A DNA stretch of 49,279 bases from Patescibacteria group bacterium UBA6017 (GTDB lineage: Bacteria; Patescibacteriota; Saccharimonadia; UBA4664). Shown one piece after another: positions 8,393 through 18,680 of the stretch. The DNA lies in assembly GCA_002429485.1 (NCBI GenBank), contig DIZX01000012.1, forward strand, positions 1,440-50,718, in the 5' to 3' direction. Within the stretch, counting starts at the first letter, position 1. Each line of letters opens with the position of its first letter. Under the pieces are notes generated by a model. That model was given only the letters and a program-made list of their open reading frames with translations. It had not been told where the DNA came from and did no database searches. The position numbers and the translations under genes were made by a program.

Positions 8393-9246
8393 TGGCTATT
8401 AAACTCTACAAGCCGACAACCCCTGCCCGCCGTGGCATGACCACTCAGGACACCTCGACCCTCACCAAGGGCAAGCGTCCCGAGAAGTCCTTGCTCGTCG
8501 CCAAGAAGGCCGGTTCCGGCCGCAACAACCAGGGTAAGATCACCGTTCGCCACCGCGGCGGCGGCGTGAAGCGGTTCTACCGTCTCGTTGATTTCGATTT
8601 CAAACACATCGCTTCTGCTGTTGTCGAGGCTATCGAGTATGACCCCAACCGGTCTTCTCACATTGCCCTCGTTCGCATCGAAGGCGGCAAACTCGCTTAC
8701 ATCCTGGCTGGATCCGGTATGAAGGTCGGCGATCAGCTGGCCTCCGGTTCCGACGCCGGCATCAAGAAGGGCAACCGCCTCCCGCTCTCGGGCATTCCCG
8801 CCGGTACCCAGATCTACAACATCGAGCTCGTACTCGGCAAGGGCGGTCAGATTGCCCGCTCCGCCGGTACCAAGGCTTCGCTCGTCTCCAAGGAGTCGAA
8901 CAAGCCCGGTTTCGTCCAGGTCAAGCTTCCTTCGGGCGAGGTTCGCCTCGTTCACGAGAACTGCCAGGCTACCATCGGTACCGTCGGCAACGAGCAGCAC
9001 CAGAACATCAAGTGGGGCTCGGCCGGACGTCGCCGTCACATGGGTTGGCGCCCAGCCGTTCGCGGTAAGGCTATGAACCCGGTAGATCACCCTCACGGTG
9101 GTGGTGAAGGCGCGCAGCCAACAGCTATTTATAAATACGGTCAGAAGACGCCTTGGGGCAAGCCGGCATTGGGTCTCAAGACTCGCCGCCGCAAGTCCAC
9201 TGACGCAATGATCATCCGCGGACGCGGTAAAGGCAGGAGACGCTAA
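8392..9246 (+). CDS. rplB: 50S ribosomal protein L2
   Basis: GRNNQGKITVRHRGGGVKRFYRLVDF and MNPVDHPHGGGEG. Confidence 0.98.
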   Translation: MAIKLYKPTTPARRGMTTQDTSTLTKGKRPEKSLLVAKKAGSGRNNQGKITVRHRGGGVKRFYRLVDFDFKHIASAVVEAIEYDPNRSSHIALVRIEGGKLAYILAGSGMKVGDQLASGSDAGIKKGNRLPLSGIPAGTQIYNIELVLGKGGQIARSAGTKASLVSKESNKPGFVQVKLPSGEVRLVHENCQATIGTVGNEQHQNIKWGSAGRRRHMGWRPAVRGKAMNPVDHPHGGGEGAQPTAIYKYGQKTPWGKPALGLKTRRRKSTDAMIIRGRGKGRRR

Positions 9247-9519
9247 ATGAGTCGTTCACTCAAAAAAGGACCATACGTAGACGAGCGGCTGCTAAAGCGC
9301 ATTATTGCGCTGCCCGCCGGCGATAAGTCAGTACTGAAGACCTGGGCTCGTGCTTCCACGATTTCTCCCGAAATGGTCGGACACACCGTAGCCGTTCACA
9401 ACGGCCGCATGCACGTACCGGTCTTTGTTTCGGAAAACATGGTTGGACACAAGCTCGGTGAATTCTCCCCGACCCGCAAGTTCCGCGGCCACGGCGGTAA
9501 ATTGGCGAAGAGCAAATAA
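9247..9519 (+). CDS. rpsS: 30S ribosomal protein S19
   Basis: [12 protein letters not shown]...[17 protein letters not shown]. Confidence 0.98.
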   Translation: MSRSLKKGPYVDERLLKRIIALPAGDKSVLKTWARASTISPEMVGHTVAVHNGRMHVPVFVSENMVGHKLGEFSPTRKFRGHGGKLAKSK

Positions 9520-9977
9520 TGAAGACATCCGCTACAGCTAAATTTGTTGGAACCAGCGCCCGCAAGACCGGGTTGGTAGCTGCGCTCATCCGCGGCCGCC
9601 GCGCTCTCGACGCTCAGGTCATCCTGATCAACACCGAGAAGCGTGCTTCCGGTCCGATCGGCAAAGTCCTGGCTTCAGCCATCGCCAACGCCGAGAACAA
9701 CCACAACGCCAAGGCCGCTAACCTGCAGGTCGAGAGCGTGCTCATCGGACCCGGGCCTACGCTCAAGCGTTCACGGCCTCGTGCCAAGGGTAGCGCCAGC
9801 GCCATTCGCAAGCGTTCCAGCCATATTACAGTCATTGTTACCGATACGGCTGCACTGGCCGCTAAAGCTCCTGAGGCTAAAGTATCCAAGGCCAAAGAGC
9901 TGAAGCAAGCTAACACCCCGGCGGTCAAAGCCGCTGAGGTTGCTGCTACCGAAACCACTAAGAAGGAGGCTAAGTAA
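9519..9977 (+). CDS. rplV: 50S ribosomal protein L22 with Ala/Lys-rich C-terminal tail
   Basis: TSARKTGLVAALIRGR...HITVIV core, plus a tail of about 40 aa (TDTAALAAKAPEAKVSKAKELK...KKEAK). Confidence 0.96.
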   Translation: MKTSATAKFVGTSARKTGLVAALIRGRRALDAQVILINTEKRASGPIGKVLASAIANAENNHNAKAANLQVESVLIGPGPTLKRSRPRAKGSASAIRKRSSHITVIVTDTAALAAKAPEAKVSKAKELKQANTPAVKAAEVAATETTKKEAK

Positions 9978-10603
9978 TGGGACAAAAGATCAACCCACGG
10001 AGTATGCGCCTGCAGATCGACCACGACTGGCAGTCCCGCTGGTACGCCGACCGTGACTACGCCACCTTCCTCATTCAGGACCTCAAGCTGCGCGCCGCAA
10101 TTTCGACCAAGCTCAACAAGCGCGCCGGCGTAGCCCGCGTTGACATCGAGCGCTCACCTGGCCAGATCGTGGTAACCATCCACACCTCCAAGCCCGGTGT
10201 TGTCATCGGCCGCGGCGGTAGTGGCGCCGAAGAGCTCAAGTCTCTCCTTGCCAAGATCGTTGGCGGACCCGTTAAAGTCTCCATCGAAGAGGTCAAGAAG
10301 CCCGAAATGAACGCTCAGCTAGTAGCCGAGAACGTTGCTGGTCAGCTCGAGCGCCGTATCAGTTTCCGTCGCGCCATGAAGATGAGCGTCGAGAACGCCA
10401 TGAAGAGTGGTGCTCTGGGTGCCAAGGTTGCCATCGCCGGCCGCCTCAACGGTGCAGAAATGGCCCGACGCGAAAACGTCAGCCAGGGCAGCATCCCGTT
10501 GCACACCCTGCGCGCCGACATCGACTACGCTCAGGCACTTGCCAAAACCACCTACGGCGTCATTGGCGTCAAGGTCTGGGTTTATAAAGGATCGAAGTTT
10601 TAG
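9977..10603 (+). CDS. rpsC: 30S ribosomal protein S3
   Basis: [12 protein letters not shown]...; KH-domain [10 protein letters not shown]; [11 protein letters not shown]. Confidence 0.98.
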   Translation: MGQKINPRSMRLQIDHDWQSRWYADRDYATFLIQDLKLRAAISTKLNKRAGVARVDIERSPGQIVVTIHTSKPGVVIGRGGSGAEELKSLLAKIVGGPVKVSIEEVKKPEMNAQLVAENVAGQLERRISFRRAMKMSVENAMKSGALGAKVAIAGRLNGAEMARRENVSQGSIPLHTLRADIDYAQALAKTTYGVIGVKVWVYKGSKF

Positions 10604-10605
10604 CC

Positions 10606-11034
10606 ATGTTAATGCCAAAGAAAACCAAGTTTAGAAAGCAGATGAAGGGCGTAATGCGCGGCGACGCGACTCGCGGTACCGAAATCGCCTTTGGTCAGTT
10701 CGGTCTCAAGGCCGAAGCATCTGAGCGTATTACCTCCCGCCAGATCGAAGCCGCCCGTCGTGCCATGACTCGACACGTCAAGCGCGGTGGTAAGATCTGG
10801 ATTCGTATCTTCCCGGACACTCCGATCACTAAGAAGCCCGCCGAAGTCCGCATGGGTAGTGGTAAGGGATCCGTGGATCACTACGCCGCTAAGGTCAAGA
10901 CCGGAGCCATCATGTTCGAGATGGACGGTGTCGCCGAAGACGTAGCCAAAGAGGCTATGCGACTCGCCGCTCACAAGCTCCCCATCCCGACCCGATTTAT
11001 CGTTCGCGAAGTCCCAGGAGAGACACAGTCATGA
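10606..11034 (+). CDS. rplP: 50S ribosomal protein L16
   Basis: [15 protein letters not shown]... Confidence 0.97.
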   Translation: MLMPKKTKFRKQMKGVMRGDATRGTEIAFGQFGLKAEASERITSRQIEAARRAMTRHVKRGGKIWIRIFPDTPITKKPAEVRMGSGKGSVDHYAAKVKTGAIMFEMDGVAEDVAKEAMRLAAHKLPIPTRFIVREVPGETQS

Positions 11035-11243
11035 TTAAAATTACAGAAATTACCAGCAAGACCGACCAGGAGCTAGCCGCTTTCATCGCCGCCGAACAGG
11101 CAGCGCTGGCCAACGCTATCATTGAGAGCCGCACCAAAGAGGTGAAGGGCGTCAAGATCCAGTCGGCTCATAAGAAGACCATCGCCCGTGCGCTCACAAT
11201 TAGCCGCGAGCGTGCAATCGCCAAAATGGAGGCAGCAGAATGA
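11031..11243 (+). CDS. rpmC: 50S ribosomal protein L29
   Basis: 70 aa in the conserved position. ATGA overlaps on both sides. Confidence 0.93.
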   Translation: MIKITEITSKTDQELAAFIAAEQAALANAIIESRTKEVKGVKIQSAHKKTIARALTISRERAIAKMEAAE

Positions 11244-11491
11244 TTCGCACACTACGGGGGACAGTCGTCTCCGACAAAATGGACAAGACGGTGGTTGTTG
11301 CGGTAAAAACCGTAAAAGAACACCCCATCTACCGCAAGAAGTACAAAGTAACTACCAAGTTCAAGGCTCACGATGAGAACAACGAGATTCACACTGGCGA
11401 CTTCGTTGAGATCACTGAGACCCGCCCAATCAGCCGCGACAAGCGCTGGGTTGTAGCCCGCAAGGTGGTTGCAGGGGAGATGGAGGCCTAA
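11240..11491 (+). CDS. rpsQ: 30S ribosomal protein S17
   Basis: [18 protein letters not shown]...HPIYRK...KAHDENNE...GD.V.I.ETRPIS..KRW. Confidence 0.97.
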   Translation: MIRTLRGTVVSDKMDKTVVVAVKTVKEHPIYRKKYKVTTKFKAHDENNEIHTGDFVEITETRPISRDKRWVVARKVVAGEMEA

Positions 11492-11492
11492 G

Positions 11493-11861
11493 ATGATTCA
11501 GTCAGAAACCAGACTTAAAGTAGCCGACAACTCCGGCGCCAAAGATATCTTGTGCATTAAGGTACTCGGCGGATCACGCCGCCGTTACGCCCGCGTAGGT
11601 GATATCATCACCGCCAGCGTTAAGGCCGCCCTTCCGGGTGCCGGCGTCAAGAAAAAAGAGATCGTGCGCGCCGTTATTGTCCGCACCATCAAAGAGACCA
11701 AGCGCGCCGACGGTTCGAGCATTCGCTTCGATGAGAACGCTGCCGTGTTGATCAACAAAGACGGTCAGCCTCGTGGTACCCGTATCTTCGGACCAATCGC
11801 CCGTGAACTTCGCGACGGCGGTTACATGAAGATCATCTCACTCGCTCCGGAGGTGCTGTAA
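11493..11861 (+). CDS. rplN: 50S ribosomal protein L14
   Basis: I moved the start to ATG 11493: [17 protein letters not shown]... Confidence 0.97.
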   Translation: MIQSETRLKVADNSGAKDILCIKVLGGSRRRYARVGDIITASVKAALPGAGVKKKEIVRAVIVRTIKETKRADGSSIRFDENAAVLINKDGQPRGTRIFGPIARELRDGGYMKIISLAPEVL

Positions 11862-12268
11862 TGAAACTCAAGCGTGACGACAAAGTTGTCGTAATCCTCG
11901 GAAAAGACAAGGGCAAGACCGGCACCATCCTGGCCGTGCTCCCAGCTCAGAATAAAGTATTAGTTGAAAACATCAACGTCGTGAAGCGCCACACTAAGCC
12001 TTCACAGAAACTCCCTCGCGGCGGCATCCTCGATGTCACCAAGCCGATCGATGTTTCAAAAGTCATGGTTCTCGATCCGGCTTCCGGCAAGCCCGCCCGC
12101 GTCGGTTACCAGATCAAGCCCGATGGTAGCAAAGAGCGTATCTTCAAGGTCAGCTCGAACTACGATCGTACCGCCAAGAAGTCCGAAGCCGCTAAACCAA
12201 AGAAGACGGAGGCAGAGCCCAAGCCAAAAGCTAAGAGCCCAGCCGCCCCCAAAGCAGGTGACAAGTAA
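11861..12268 (+). CDS. rplX: 50S ribosomal protein L24 with Lys/Ala/Pro tail
   Basis: KOW motif KLKRDDKVVVILGKDKGKTG. C-terminal tail TAKKSEAAKPKKTEAEPKPKAKSPAAPKAGDK. Confidence 0.96.
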   Translation: MKLKRDDKVVVILGKDKGKTGTILAVLPAQNKVLVENINVVKRHTKPSQKLPRGGILDVTKPIDVSKVMVLDPASGKPARVGYQIKPDGSKERIFKVSSNYDRTAKKSEAAKPKKTEAEPKPKAKSPAAPKAGDK

Positions 12269-12813
12269 TGAATAGATTCAACGAAAAGTATAAGAAGGTT
12301 GTAGTACCGGCTCTGACGCAAGAGTTCAAGTACACCAATTCTCACCAAGTTCCGCGCATTGTCAAAGTCGTGGTGAGTGCCGGTGTGGGTCGCGCAGTCA
12401 GTGATGCCAAGCATCTGGACGCCGTGGCCGAGACTATTGCGAAGGTTACCGCTCAACACCCCGTCACTACTGTTGCCCGCAAGAGCATCGCCTCCTTCAA
12501 GCTCCGCGAAGGCAACCTGGTCGGCACCACCGTCACGTTGCGCGGGGAGCGAGCAGACGAGTTCCTCGACCTCCTGGTCGGTGTGGTTCTGCCCCGTATC
12601 CGCGACTTCCGCGGCATTTCCGATACTGCCTTCGACGCTCACGGTAACTACAGCCTAGGTCTACCCGACCACGGCATCTTCCCGCAGATTCCGTTCGAAG
12701 ACATCGGCACCGCTCATGGCATGCAGGTCAATATTGTGACCACCGCCAAGAACGCCGTTGAGAGCAAAAGATTACTACAATTAATGGGATTCCCCTTTAG
12801 GAAGGACGCATAA
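12268..12813 (+). CDS. rplE: 50S ribosomal protein L5
   Basis: 181 aa. ...[12 protein letters not shown]...FRG...FD..GNYSLG... in the conserved position. Confidence 0.97.
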   Translation: MNRFNEKYKKVVVPALTQEFKYTNSHQVPRIVKVVVSAGVGRAVSDAKHLDAVAETIAKVTAQHPVTTVARKSIASFKLREGNLVGTTVTLRGERADEFLDLLVGVVLPRIRDFRGISDTAFDAHGNYSLGLPDHGIFPQIPFEDIGTAHGMQVNIVTTAKNAVESKRLLQLMGFPFRKDA

Positions 12814-12998
12814 TGGCACGAGTAGCACTAGTTGTAAAAGCCGCGCGCAAGCCCAAGTTTTCGACGCGACACGTTAACCGCTGCCAGATCTGCGGTCGTC
12901 CAAGAGGTTTTATTCGTAAATTCGCGCTATGCCGCGTCTGCTTCCGTGAGTTCGCCTCGCGTGGTCAGATCCCCGGCGTTACTAAGGCGAGTTGGTAA
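12813..12998 (+). CDS. rpsN: 30S ribosomal protein S14, Zn-ribbon (type Z)
   Basis: 61 aa with CQICGRPRG...CRVCFRE. Confidence 0.96.
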   Translation: MARVALVVKAARKPKFSTRHVNRCQICGRPRGFIRKFALCRVCFREFASRGQIPGVTKASW

Positions 12999-13009
12999 GG
13001 AGATAAATT

Positions 13010-13396
13010 ATGTTTAACGATTCAATTTCTGATCTCCTCACTCGCATCCGCAATGCCAATACGGCACGTAAGCGGTTGGTAGTGATGCCTTACTCGAAGA
13101 TGAAGCAGCAAGTTGCTGACATCCTCGTAAGTAACGGCTTCTTGGAGAATGTCAAAGTCACCGCTGATGGCGGGTTCAAGTCGCTGGAGCTCACGCTCCC
13201 AGTCGACCAAGAGACCATCACATCGTTGATCCGGGTTTCCAAGCCGGGTCGTCGGGTATACACCAGCGCCCAAGACATCCCGTTAGTACTTGGCGGACGC
13301 GGTATCGTTATCGTTTCCACTTCGGCTGGCGTGATGACCGGTCGTCAGGCGCGCAAGCAAAACCTCGGCGGCGAACTAATCTGTAAGGTGTGGTAA
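13010..13396 (+). CDS. rpsH: 30S ribosomal protein S8
   Basis: DSISDLLTRIRNAN.A....V.....K ... GGELICKVW. Confidence 0.97.
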   Translation: MFNDSISDLLTRIRNANTARKRLVVMPYSKMKQQVADILVSNGFLENVKVTADGGFKSLELTLPVDQETITSLIRVSKPGRRVYTSAQDIPLVLGGRGIVIVSTSAGVMTGRQARKQNLGGELICKVW

Positions 13397-13397
13397 C

Positions 13398-13937
13398 ATG
13401 AGTAGAATTGGACGCAAACCAATTACCGTTCCCGCCGGCGTCACCGTTGAACTCAACGGCCAGCACGTTAAGGTTACTGGCCCCAAAGGTAACCTTGAGC
13501 TAACCCTATTGCCTGGTATTAGCATCGAGCAAAGCGACGGCGTGGTAACCCTCGCTAAGGTCGTTGAGACCGCTGAAACCGGCCGACTGTATGGCCTCAG
13601 CCGTACTCTGGTCGACAACATGGTGATCGGCGTATCTCAGGGGTTCACCCGTGCGCTCGAAATCAACGGAGTCGGCTTTCGCGCCGCCGTTGCCGGTAAC
13701 ATAATCAACTTAAGCCTCGGTTTTTCGCACCCGGTAGTGTTTACACTGCCCGACGGCGTCGAAGCTAAGATAGAGAAAAACATCGTCACATTGAGCGGAT
13801 TCGATAAGCAATTGGTCGGCCAAGCTGCTGCCAACCTGCGGTCCCTCAAGAAGCCGGAGCCTTACAAGGGCAAGGGTATCAAGTACGTCGAAGAAACTAT
13901 CCGTCGCAAGGCCGGTAAGACTGCGACTAAGGGATAA
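13398..13937 (+). CDS. rplF: 50S ribosomal protein L6
   Basis: MSRIGRKPITVPAGVTV...PEPYKGKGIKY. Confidence 0.97.
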   Translation: MSRIGRKPITVPAGVTVELNGQHVKVTGPKGNLELTLLPGISIEQSDGVVTLAKVVETAETGRLYGLSRTLVDNMVIGVSQGFTRALEINGVGFRAAVAGNIINLSLGFSHPVVFTLPDGVEAKIEKNIVTLSGFDKQLVGQAAANLRSLKKPEPYKGKGIKYVEETIRRKAGKTATKG

Positions 13938-13942
13938 AAACT

Positions 13943-14290
13943 ATGATTAATCAAGCACTCGCCAAGTTAAATCGCCGCCGCGCCCGTGTGCGTTCCAAGG
14001 TATCCGGAACGCCCCTGCGTCCTCGCTTGTCTGTGAAGATCACTCTCATGCACATTACCGCTCAGGTAATCGATGACACCACCGGCAAAACTCTCGCATC
14101 CGCCAGCACCATTGGCCAAGACGTTACGGGCAATATGACCGCCAAAGCAACTTGGGTCGGCGAGAAGATCGCGGTAGCTGCCAAAGCCAAGAAAATTAAA
14201 CAGGTCGTATTTGACCGCAACGGCCGCATTTATCACGGTCGGTTGCACGCCCTGGCTGAGGCCGCTCGCGGCGCAGGATTGGAGTTTTAA
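13943..14290 (+). CDS. rplR: 50S ribosomal protein L18
   Basis: [19 protein letters not shown]...[23 protein letters not shown]. Confidence 0.97.
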   Translation: MINQALAKLNRRRARVRSKVSGTPLRPRLSVKITLMHITAQVIDDTTGKTLASASTIGQDVTGNMTAKATWVGEKIAVAAKAKKIKQVVFDRNGRIYHGRLHALAEAARGAGLEF

Positions 14291-14291
14291 G

Positions 14292-14798
14292 ATGGCTATT
14301 GAACAACAGCCCAAAGAGTTCGAAGAAAAGGTTATTTCCATCGACCGCGTTGCCCGTGTTGTGAAGGGTGGACGACGCTTCCGCTTCCGCGCCACTGTAG
14401 TTGTCGGCGACGGCAAAGGCCGCGTTGGCGTCGGTGTCGGTAAGGGCTCAGAGGTCATGACCTCAATTGCCAAGGCCGTAGCCCGCGCTAAGAGCCAGAT
14501 GATCACTGTCCCCCTCAAGGGCCACACCATCCCGCACGAAATCCAGGTCCGCTTCTCGGGCGCCATGGTACTGCTCAAGCCCGCTTCGGCTGGTACTGGC
14601 GTTATCGCCGGCGGAGCCGTTCGCAACGTCGTTGAAGTCGCTGGTATTCGCGACCTCTTGACCAAGTCACTCGGTTCCAGTAATAAAGTAAACAATGCAT
14701 ACGCCACTGCTTTGGCACTGTCGCGCCTCAAGGCCGATCCAGTCAAGCCAGACAAGGCCGATAGCAAAAAGAAGCCGGCTGCTGCCGAGACTGTTTAG
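14292..14798 (+). CDS. rpsE: 30S ribosomal protein S5
   Basis: I moved the start to ATG 14292 ([32 protein letters not shown]...). Lys/Pro-rich C-terminal tail. Confidence 0.97.
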   Translation: MAIEQQPKEFEEKVISIDRVARVVKGGRRFRFRATVVVGDGKGRVGVGVGKGSEVMTSIAKAVARAKSQMITVPLKGHTIPHEIQVRFSGAMVLLKPASAGTGVIAGGAVRNVVEVAGIRDLLTKSLGSSNKVNNAYATALALSRLKADPVKPDKADSKKKPAAAETV

Positions 14799-14807
14799 GA
14801 ACTACTT

Positions 14808-15308
14808 ATGAAAATCCATGAATTAAATCTAGAATCCGCCAAAGATAAGAAGCGCGTCGGTCGCGGTATCGGTTCCGGCTACGGCAAAACTGCCGGCCGT
14901 GGTACCAAAGGTCAGAACGCCCGTACCGGCGGCGGTGTCCGCCCCGGATTTGAGGGTGGTCAAAACCCACTCGCCAAGCGTCTCCCGAAGAAGCGCGGTT
15001 TCACCGCTCTCAACCACACTCAATACCAGGTAGTAAACCTGGATGGTCTCGATAAGTTCAAGGCCGGAGCCGTCGTCGACGCCGCCGCCCTGGCCGCTAT
15101 CGGTCTCGTCAAGAAAGCTGATGACCGCATCAAGCTGCTCTCACGTGGCGAACTCACCAAGAAACTCACCGTCACAGTCAATGCTGCCAGCGCTACCGCC
15201 AAGGCTGCCGTCGAAGCTGCCGGTGGTACGCTCGAAGTCGTCAAATTTGTACCGGCGCCTAGCAAAAAGGCCACTCGTCCTAAGCCAGAGGAGCAGGTTA
15301 CAGCCTAA
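14808..15308 (+). CDS. rplO: 50S ribosomal protein L15
   Basis: [26 protein letters not shown]. It starts 9 nt after rpsE, leaving no room for rpmD (L30). Confidence 0.97.
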   Translation: MKIHELNLESAKDKKRVGRGIGSGYGKTAGRGTKGQNARTGGGVRPGFEGGQNPLAKRLPKKRGFTALNHTQYQVVNLDGLDKFKAGAVVDAAALAAIGLVKKADDRIKLLSRGELTKKLTVTVNAASATAKAAVEAAGGTLEVVKFVPAPSKKATRPKPEEQVTA

Positions 15309-16621
15309 TGAACCTCGCAAGTCTCAAGCAGATCTATCGTTCCCCAGATCTGCGCCGGAGGGTGCTGGTGGTACTTGGGCTCATCGTAATCTTCCGCTTC
15401 CTGTCGCACGTCCCGGTTCCTGTTCCCGACAACGCGGCACTCGCCAACTTCCTGAAATTCATCTTCAACTCGAATAAAATACTCGGGTTTGCGGATGTTT
15501 TTTCGGGTGGTGCATTATCCAATTTCTCGATCATTATGATGGGTGTGGGGCCCTATATTAACGCCTCGATCATTATGCAGCTGCTCCAGCAGGTAGTGCC
15601 CAGCTTTGAGGCGCTATCCAAAGAGGGGGAGCAGGGCCGTCGCAAGCTCAACCAGTACACCCGGCTTCTCACCCTGCCCCTGGCACTCGTTCAGTCTTTT
15701 GGCATGGTCTTCTTGATTCAGCAGACTTCGATCCGCGTGGCCAACACCGACGTCATCGGCCACCCCAATCTATTCCAATGGGCCCTCATGGTCTCCACGA
15801 TCACCGCCGGGTCAATCCTGCTGATGTGGATTGGTGAGATTATTACGGAGAAGGGGATCGGCAACGGTATTTCACTCATTATCTTCTGCGGGATTATCTC
15901 GCGTCTTCCCGGCAGCGCCGGTCAATTCGCCAGCCTCGCCTCGGGCGACGCCGGTAAGATTATCACCCTCGTCGGGTTCCTGATTGCTACCCTAGCTATC
16001 ATTGCCTTCGTGGTGGTTCTCAACGAAGGCCAGCGCAATATCCCCGTATCTTATGCCAAACGTACCCGTGGCGACCGTGTCTTTGCCGGCGTCGACACCC
16101 ACCTGCCCTTGCGCGTTATTACGGCCGGTGTAATCCCGATCATCTTCGCCTTGGCCTTCCTGTCGATTCCCGGCCTATTAGGTCAGATCCTTACCAGCGC
16201 TAAGACACATTGGGTATCCCAATTTGCTTCCAACCTGACTACCTGGTTCTCGCCCAACGGGATGATTTACGCCGTATCGTATTTTGTCCTGGTTGTGGCC
16301 TTTACCTACTTCTATACCTCAGTGGTATTTAATCCCAAAGACATCGCCGAGAATTTGCAGAAGCAAGGCGGCTTTATTCCTGGCATTCGCCCTGGCAACC
16401 AAACCGCCACCTACCTCAAGCGCGTCGTGAACCGTATTACCCTCGCCGGTGCTCTCGGTCTCGGATTCATCGCTGTCCTGCCATTCATCGGCCAGGCATT
16501 CACCAACAGTCAGATCCTCACCTTCGGCGGCACAGGCCTCCTCATCGTCGTCTCCGTGGCCATAGAGACCCTCAAGCAGCTCGAGGCTCAGGCCGTCACC
16601 ACTTCATACGAGCAATACTAG
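15308..16621 (+). CDS. secY: preprotein translocase subunit SecY
   Basis: 437 aa, polytopic. ...GVGPYINASIIMQLL...GE.GRRKLNQYTR... TAATG overlap with rplO. Confidence 0.97.
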   Translation: MNLASLKQIYRSPDLRRRVLVVLGLIVIFRFLSHVPVPVPDNAALANFLKFIFNSNKILGFADVFSGGALSNFSIIMMGVGPYINASIIMQLLQQVVPSFEALSKEGEQGRRKLNQYTRLLTLPLALVQSFGMVFLIQQTSIRVANTDVIGHPNLFQWALMVSTITAGSILLMWIGEIITEKGIGNGISLIIFCGIISRLPGSAGQFASLASGDAGKIITLVGFLIATLAIIAFVVVLNEGQRNIPVSYAKRTRGDRVFAGVDTHLPLRVITAGVIPIIFALAFLSIPGLLGQILTSAKTHWVSQFASNLTTWFSPNGMIYAVSYFVLVVAFTYFYTSVVFNPKDIAENLQKQGGFIPGIRPGNQTATYLKRVVNRITLAGALGLGFIAVLPFIGQAFTNSQILTFGGTGLLIVVSVAIETLKQLEAQAVTTSYEQY

Positions 16622-16625
16622 AGTT

Positions 16626-17273
16626 ATGCCCGAAGTTTGGGCAGATTTGCATTCTCACTACAGTCATCAGGACTGGATAGATAAACCGTCACTTTTCGCC
16701 GAAACAGCAATCCACTATTTCCCGCAACGGGCCACTATCCTGGAGCTTGGTGCCGGCCAGGGTCAGGACAGCCGGTATTTCGCCGATAATGAGCTTAGCG
16801 TCACTGCGACCGATATCGAACAAAGTGCTCTAGATACCCTAGAGAGCAAACTTACCCCCAATCAACGCAACAAAGTCACGACCGCGACAGTTGATCTGCG
16901 CGAGGCGCTACCGTATTCAGACTCCTCCTTCGACGTCGTATACGCGCATTTATCGCTTCATTATTTCGATCTGGCTCATACGAAACGCGCTTTTAGCGAA
17001 ATTGCTCGGGTTTTGAAGCCGGGCGGTATCCTGGCTTTCTTCGTCAACTCCGTCAATGACCCGGAATATAACACAGGGACAAGACTTGAAGCAGACTACT
17101 TTCAGATAGGCGATACGCGAAAGCGCTACTTCAGTGTCGAGTCGGCCTCAGAACTCACACAGGGCTCTTTTGAGACAAAGCTCCTCGACGACCTAGGCGA
17201 GACATACAAAGACGCCGACAAGGGCGTTCATCGCCTTATTCGCTACATTGGTCAAAAGCCAAAACAGCTTTAG
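16626..17273 (+). CDS. class I SAM-dependent methyltransferase
   Basis: Motif I ILELGAGQGQDS; post-I acidic residue; VVYAHLSLHYF; LKPGGILAF. It occupies the slot where adk/map usually sit. Confidence 0.8.
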   Translation: MPEVWADLHSHYSHQDWIDKPSLFAETAIHYFPQRATILELGAGQGQDSRYFADNELSVTATDIEQSALDTLESKLTPNQRNKVTTATVDLREALPYSDSSFDVVYAHLSLHYFDLAHTKRAFSEIARVLKPGGILAFFVNSVNDPEYNTGTRLEADYFQIGDTRKRYFSVESASELTQGSFETKLLDDLGETYKDADKGVHRLIRYIGQKPKQL

Positions 17274-17294
17274 GTAAAATTAATCCCTAAACCA

Positions 17295-17323
17295 TTGAAT
17301 TTACGCTCAATATTCGGTATAAT
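17295..17323 (+). promoter_or_regulatory. near-consensus sigma70 promoter (distal)
   Basis: TTGAAT (17295-17300), 17-nt spacer, TATAAT (17318-17323). Confidence 0.45.
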
Positions 17324-17431
17324 AATGGAAATTGATGCGGATTTTAGCGAAGCAGACAGTAAATTACGCTTCCGGCCGCGGACATTGCAGTGCAAACTAG
17401 ATAAACTTTTGCATGAACAGATACAAAACCC

Positions 17432-17460
17432 TTTACAATCAAGTAACAACTATCTATAAT
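17432..17460 (+). promoter_or_regulatory. near-consensus sigma70 promoter for infA-rpmJ-rpsM...
   Basis: TTTACA (17432-17437), 17-nt spacer, TATAAT (17455-17460). The infA ATG is at 17479. Confidence 0.55.
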
Positions 17461-17478
17461 CGACAACTGTAGTCATAT

Positions 17479-17742
17479 ATGTCAGACGCAAAGAAAACCA
17501 CAAGGCCGGATCGCTCCGGCAAGCGAACCACAAAGGAAGTAATCGAGCTCGAAGGCACCGTCCTTGAGACTCTACCTAACACCCTTTTTAAGGTAGAACT
17601 CGAGAACGGCCACGTTGTGTTAGCACATATCTCCGGAAAGATGAGGATGCACTACATCCGAATTATTCCCGGCGATCGCGTGACGTTAGAAATGACACCC
17701 TACGATCTGTCAAAAGCTCGTATCACATACAGGCATAAGTAA
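17479..17742 (+). CDS. infA: translation initiation factor IF-1 (with ~17-aa basic N-terminal extension)
   Basis: ...[64 protein letters not shown]. Confidence 0.96.
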   Translation: MSDAKKTTRPDRSGKRTTKEVIELEGTVLETLPNTLFKVELENGHVVLAHISGKMRMHYIRIIPGDRVTLEMTPYDLSKARITYRHK

Positions 17743-17767
17743 TTATTAACGACGAAGGATCACACCA

Positions 17768-17884
17768 GTGAAAGTACGCGCCAGCGTTAAGAAAATTTGT
17801 GATCAGTGCAAAGTAGTACGCCGCGAAGGCGTGGTGCGGGTCATCTGCCCAGCGAAGCCTCGTCATAAGCAGAGGCAGGGTTAA
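17768..17884 (+). CDS. rpmJ: 50S ribosomal protein L36
   Basis: Manual translation from GTG 17768: [38 protein letters not shown]. Its stop overlaps the rpsM ATG by 1 nt. It is below the ORF-track length cutoff. Confidence 0.93.
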   Translation: MKVRASVKKICDQCKVVRREGVVRVICPAKPRHKQRQG

Positions 17885-18270
17885 TGGCACGTATATCTGG
17901 AGTTAATATCCCCGATGCTAAGCGCATCGAAATTGCGCTTACGTATGTATTCGGTATTGGTCTGACCAGTAGCCGAAAAATTCTCGTAGCTACCGGTATT
18001 GATATGAATACCCGAGTGAAGGACCTCACCGAGGCCGAAATCTCTAAGTTGCGTGAGCAGATCGACAAGAATTACCACGTCGAAGGCGACCTCCAACGCG
18101 AGATCGGCCTCAATATCAAGCGCCTGAAGGAAATCAACTCCTACCGCGGTTTGCGCCACAAGGCCAACCTCCCGGTCCGCGGGCAACGCACCAAGACCAA
18201 CGCACGCACCAAGCGCGGCAAGAAGGTTACCATGGGCTCCGGACGTAAGAAATCAGCAGCGAAGACTTAA
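17884..18270 (+). CDS. rpsM: 30S ribosomal protein S13
   Basis: [26 protein letters not shown]... Confidence 0.97.
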   Translation: MARISGVNIPDAKRIEIALTYVFGIGLTSSRKILVATGIDMNTRVKDLTEAEISKLREQIDKNYHVEGDLQREIGLNIKRLKEINSYRGLRHKANLPVRGQRTKTNARTKRGKKVTMGSGRKKSAAKT

Positions 18271-18275
18271 GGAAT

Positions 18276-18680
18276 ATGATGGCTAAAACTACCCCCAAAA
18301 CTACTACCGCCCGCCGCCGCAAGATCAAGCGATCCGTTGCTACCGGTCAGATGCACGTGCAGGCAACCTTCAATAACACCATCATCACTTTCACCGATGA
18401 GCGTGGCAACGCGCTGTCGTGGGCAAGTTCTGGTTCGGCTGGCTTCAAGGGTTCTCGTAAGAGTACCCCGTTCGCCGCTCAAACCGCCGCCGAGAAGGCC
18501 GCCGTCGCCGCCAAAGACTACGGTCTTAGTCGCGTCGATGTCCTCGTCAACGGCGTCGGCAGTGGCCGCGAGTCGGCTATCCGCGCTCTTACCACCCTCG
18601 GTATCGCAGTTTCAAGCATTAAGGACGTCACCGGCATTCCGCACGGTGGCTGCCGTCCACGAAAGGCTCGGAGAGTCTAA
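18276..18680 (+). CDS. rpsK: 30S ribosomal protein S11
   Basis: ...[41 protein letters not shown]...[17 protein letters not shown]. Confidence 0.97.
   Translation: MMAKTTPKTTTARRRKIKRSVATGQMHVQATFNNTIITFTDERGNALSWASSGSAGFKGSRKSTPFAAQTAAEKAAVAAKDYGLSRVDVLVNGVGSGRESAIRALTTLGIAVSSIKDVTGIPHGGCRPRKARRV

Noticed and set aside
8359-9096. Long antisense ORFs opposite conserved genes: 8359-9096, 13967-14767, 18677-19264, 19317-19973, 24496-25164 and 34251-34886 (all minus strand), plus many shorter ones.
   Set aside because: They are shadow ORFs opposite confidently identified genes in GC-rich coding DNA. Their products are low-complexity (Gly/Ala/Val/Arg-rich) and lack start context.
17325-17468. 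A 47-aa ORF (MEIDADFSEADSKLRFRPRTLQCKLDKLLHEQIQNPLQSSNNYL) or a small RNA between the two promoters upstream of infA.
   Set aside because: The ATG sits 2 nt after the -10 box with no RBS. The ORF overlaps the second promoter. I could find no conservation or structural support by eye.
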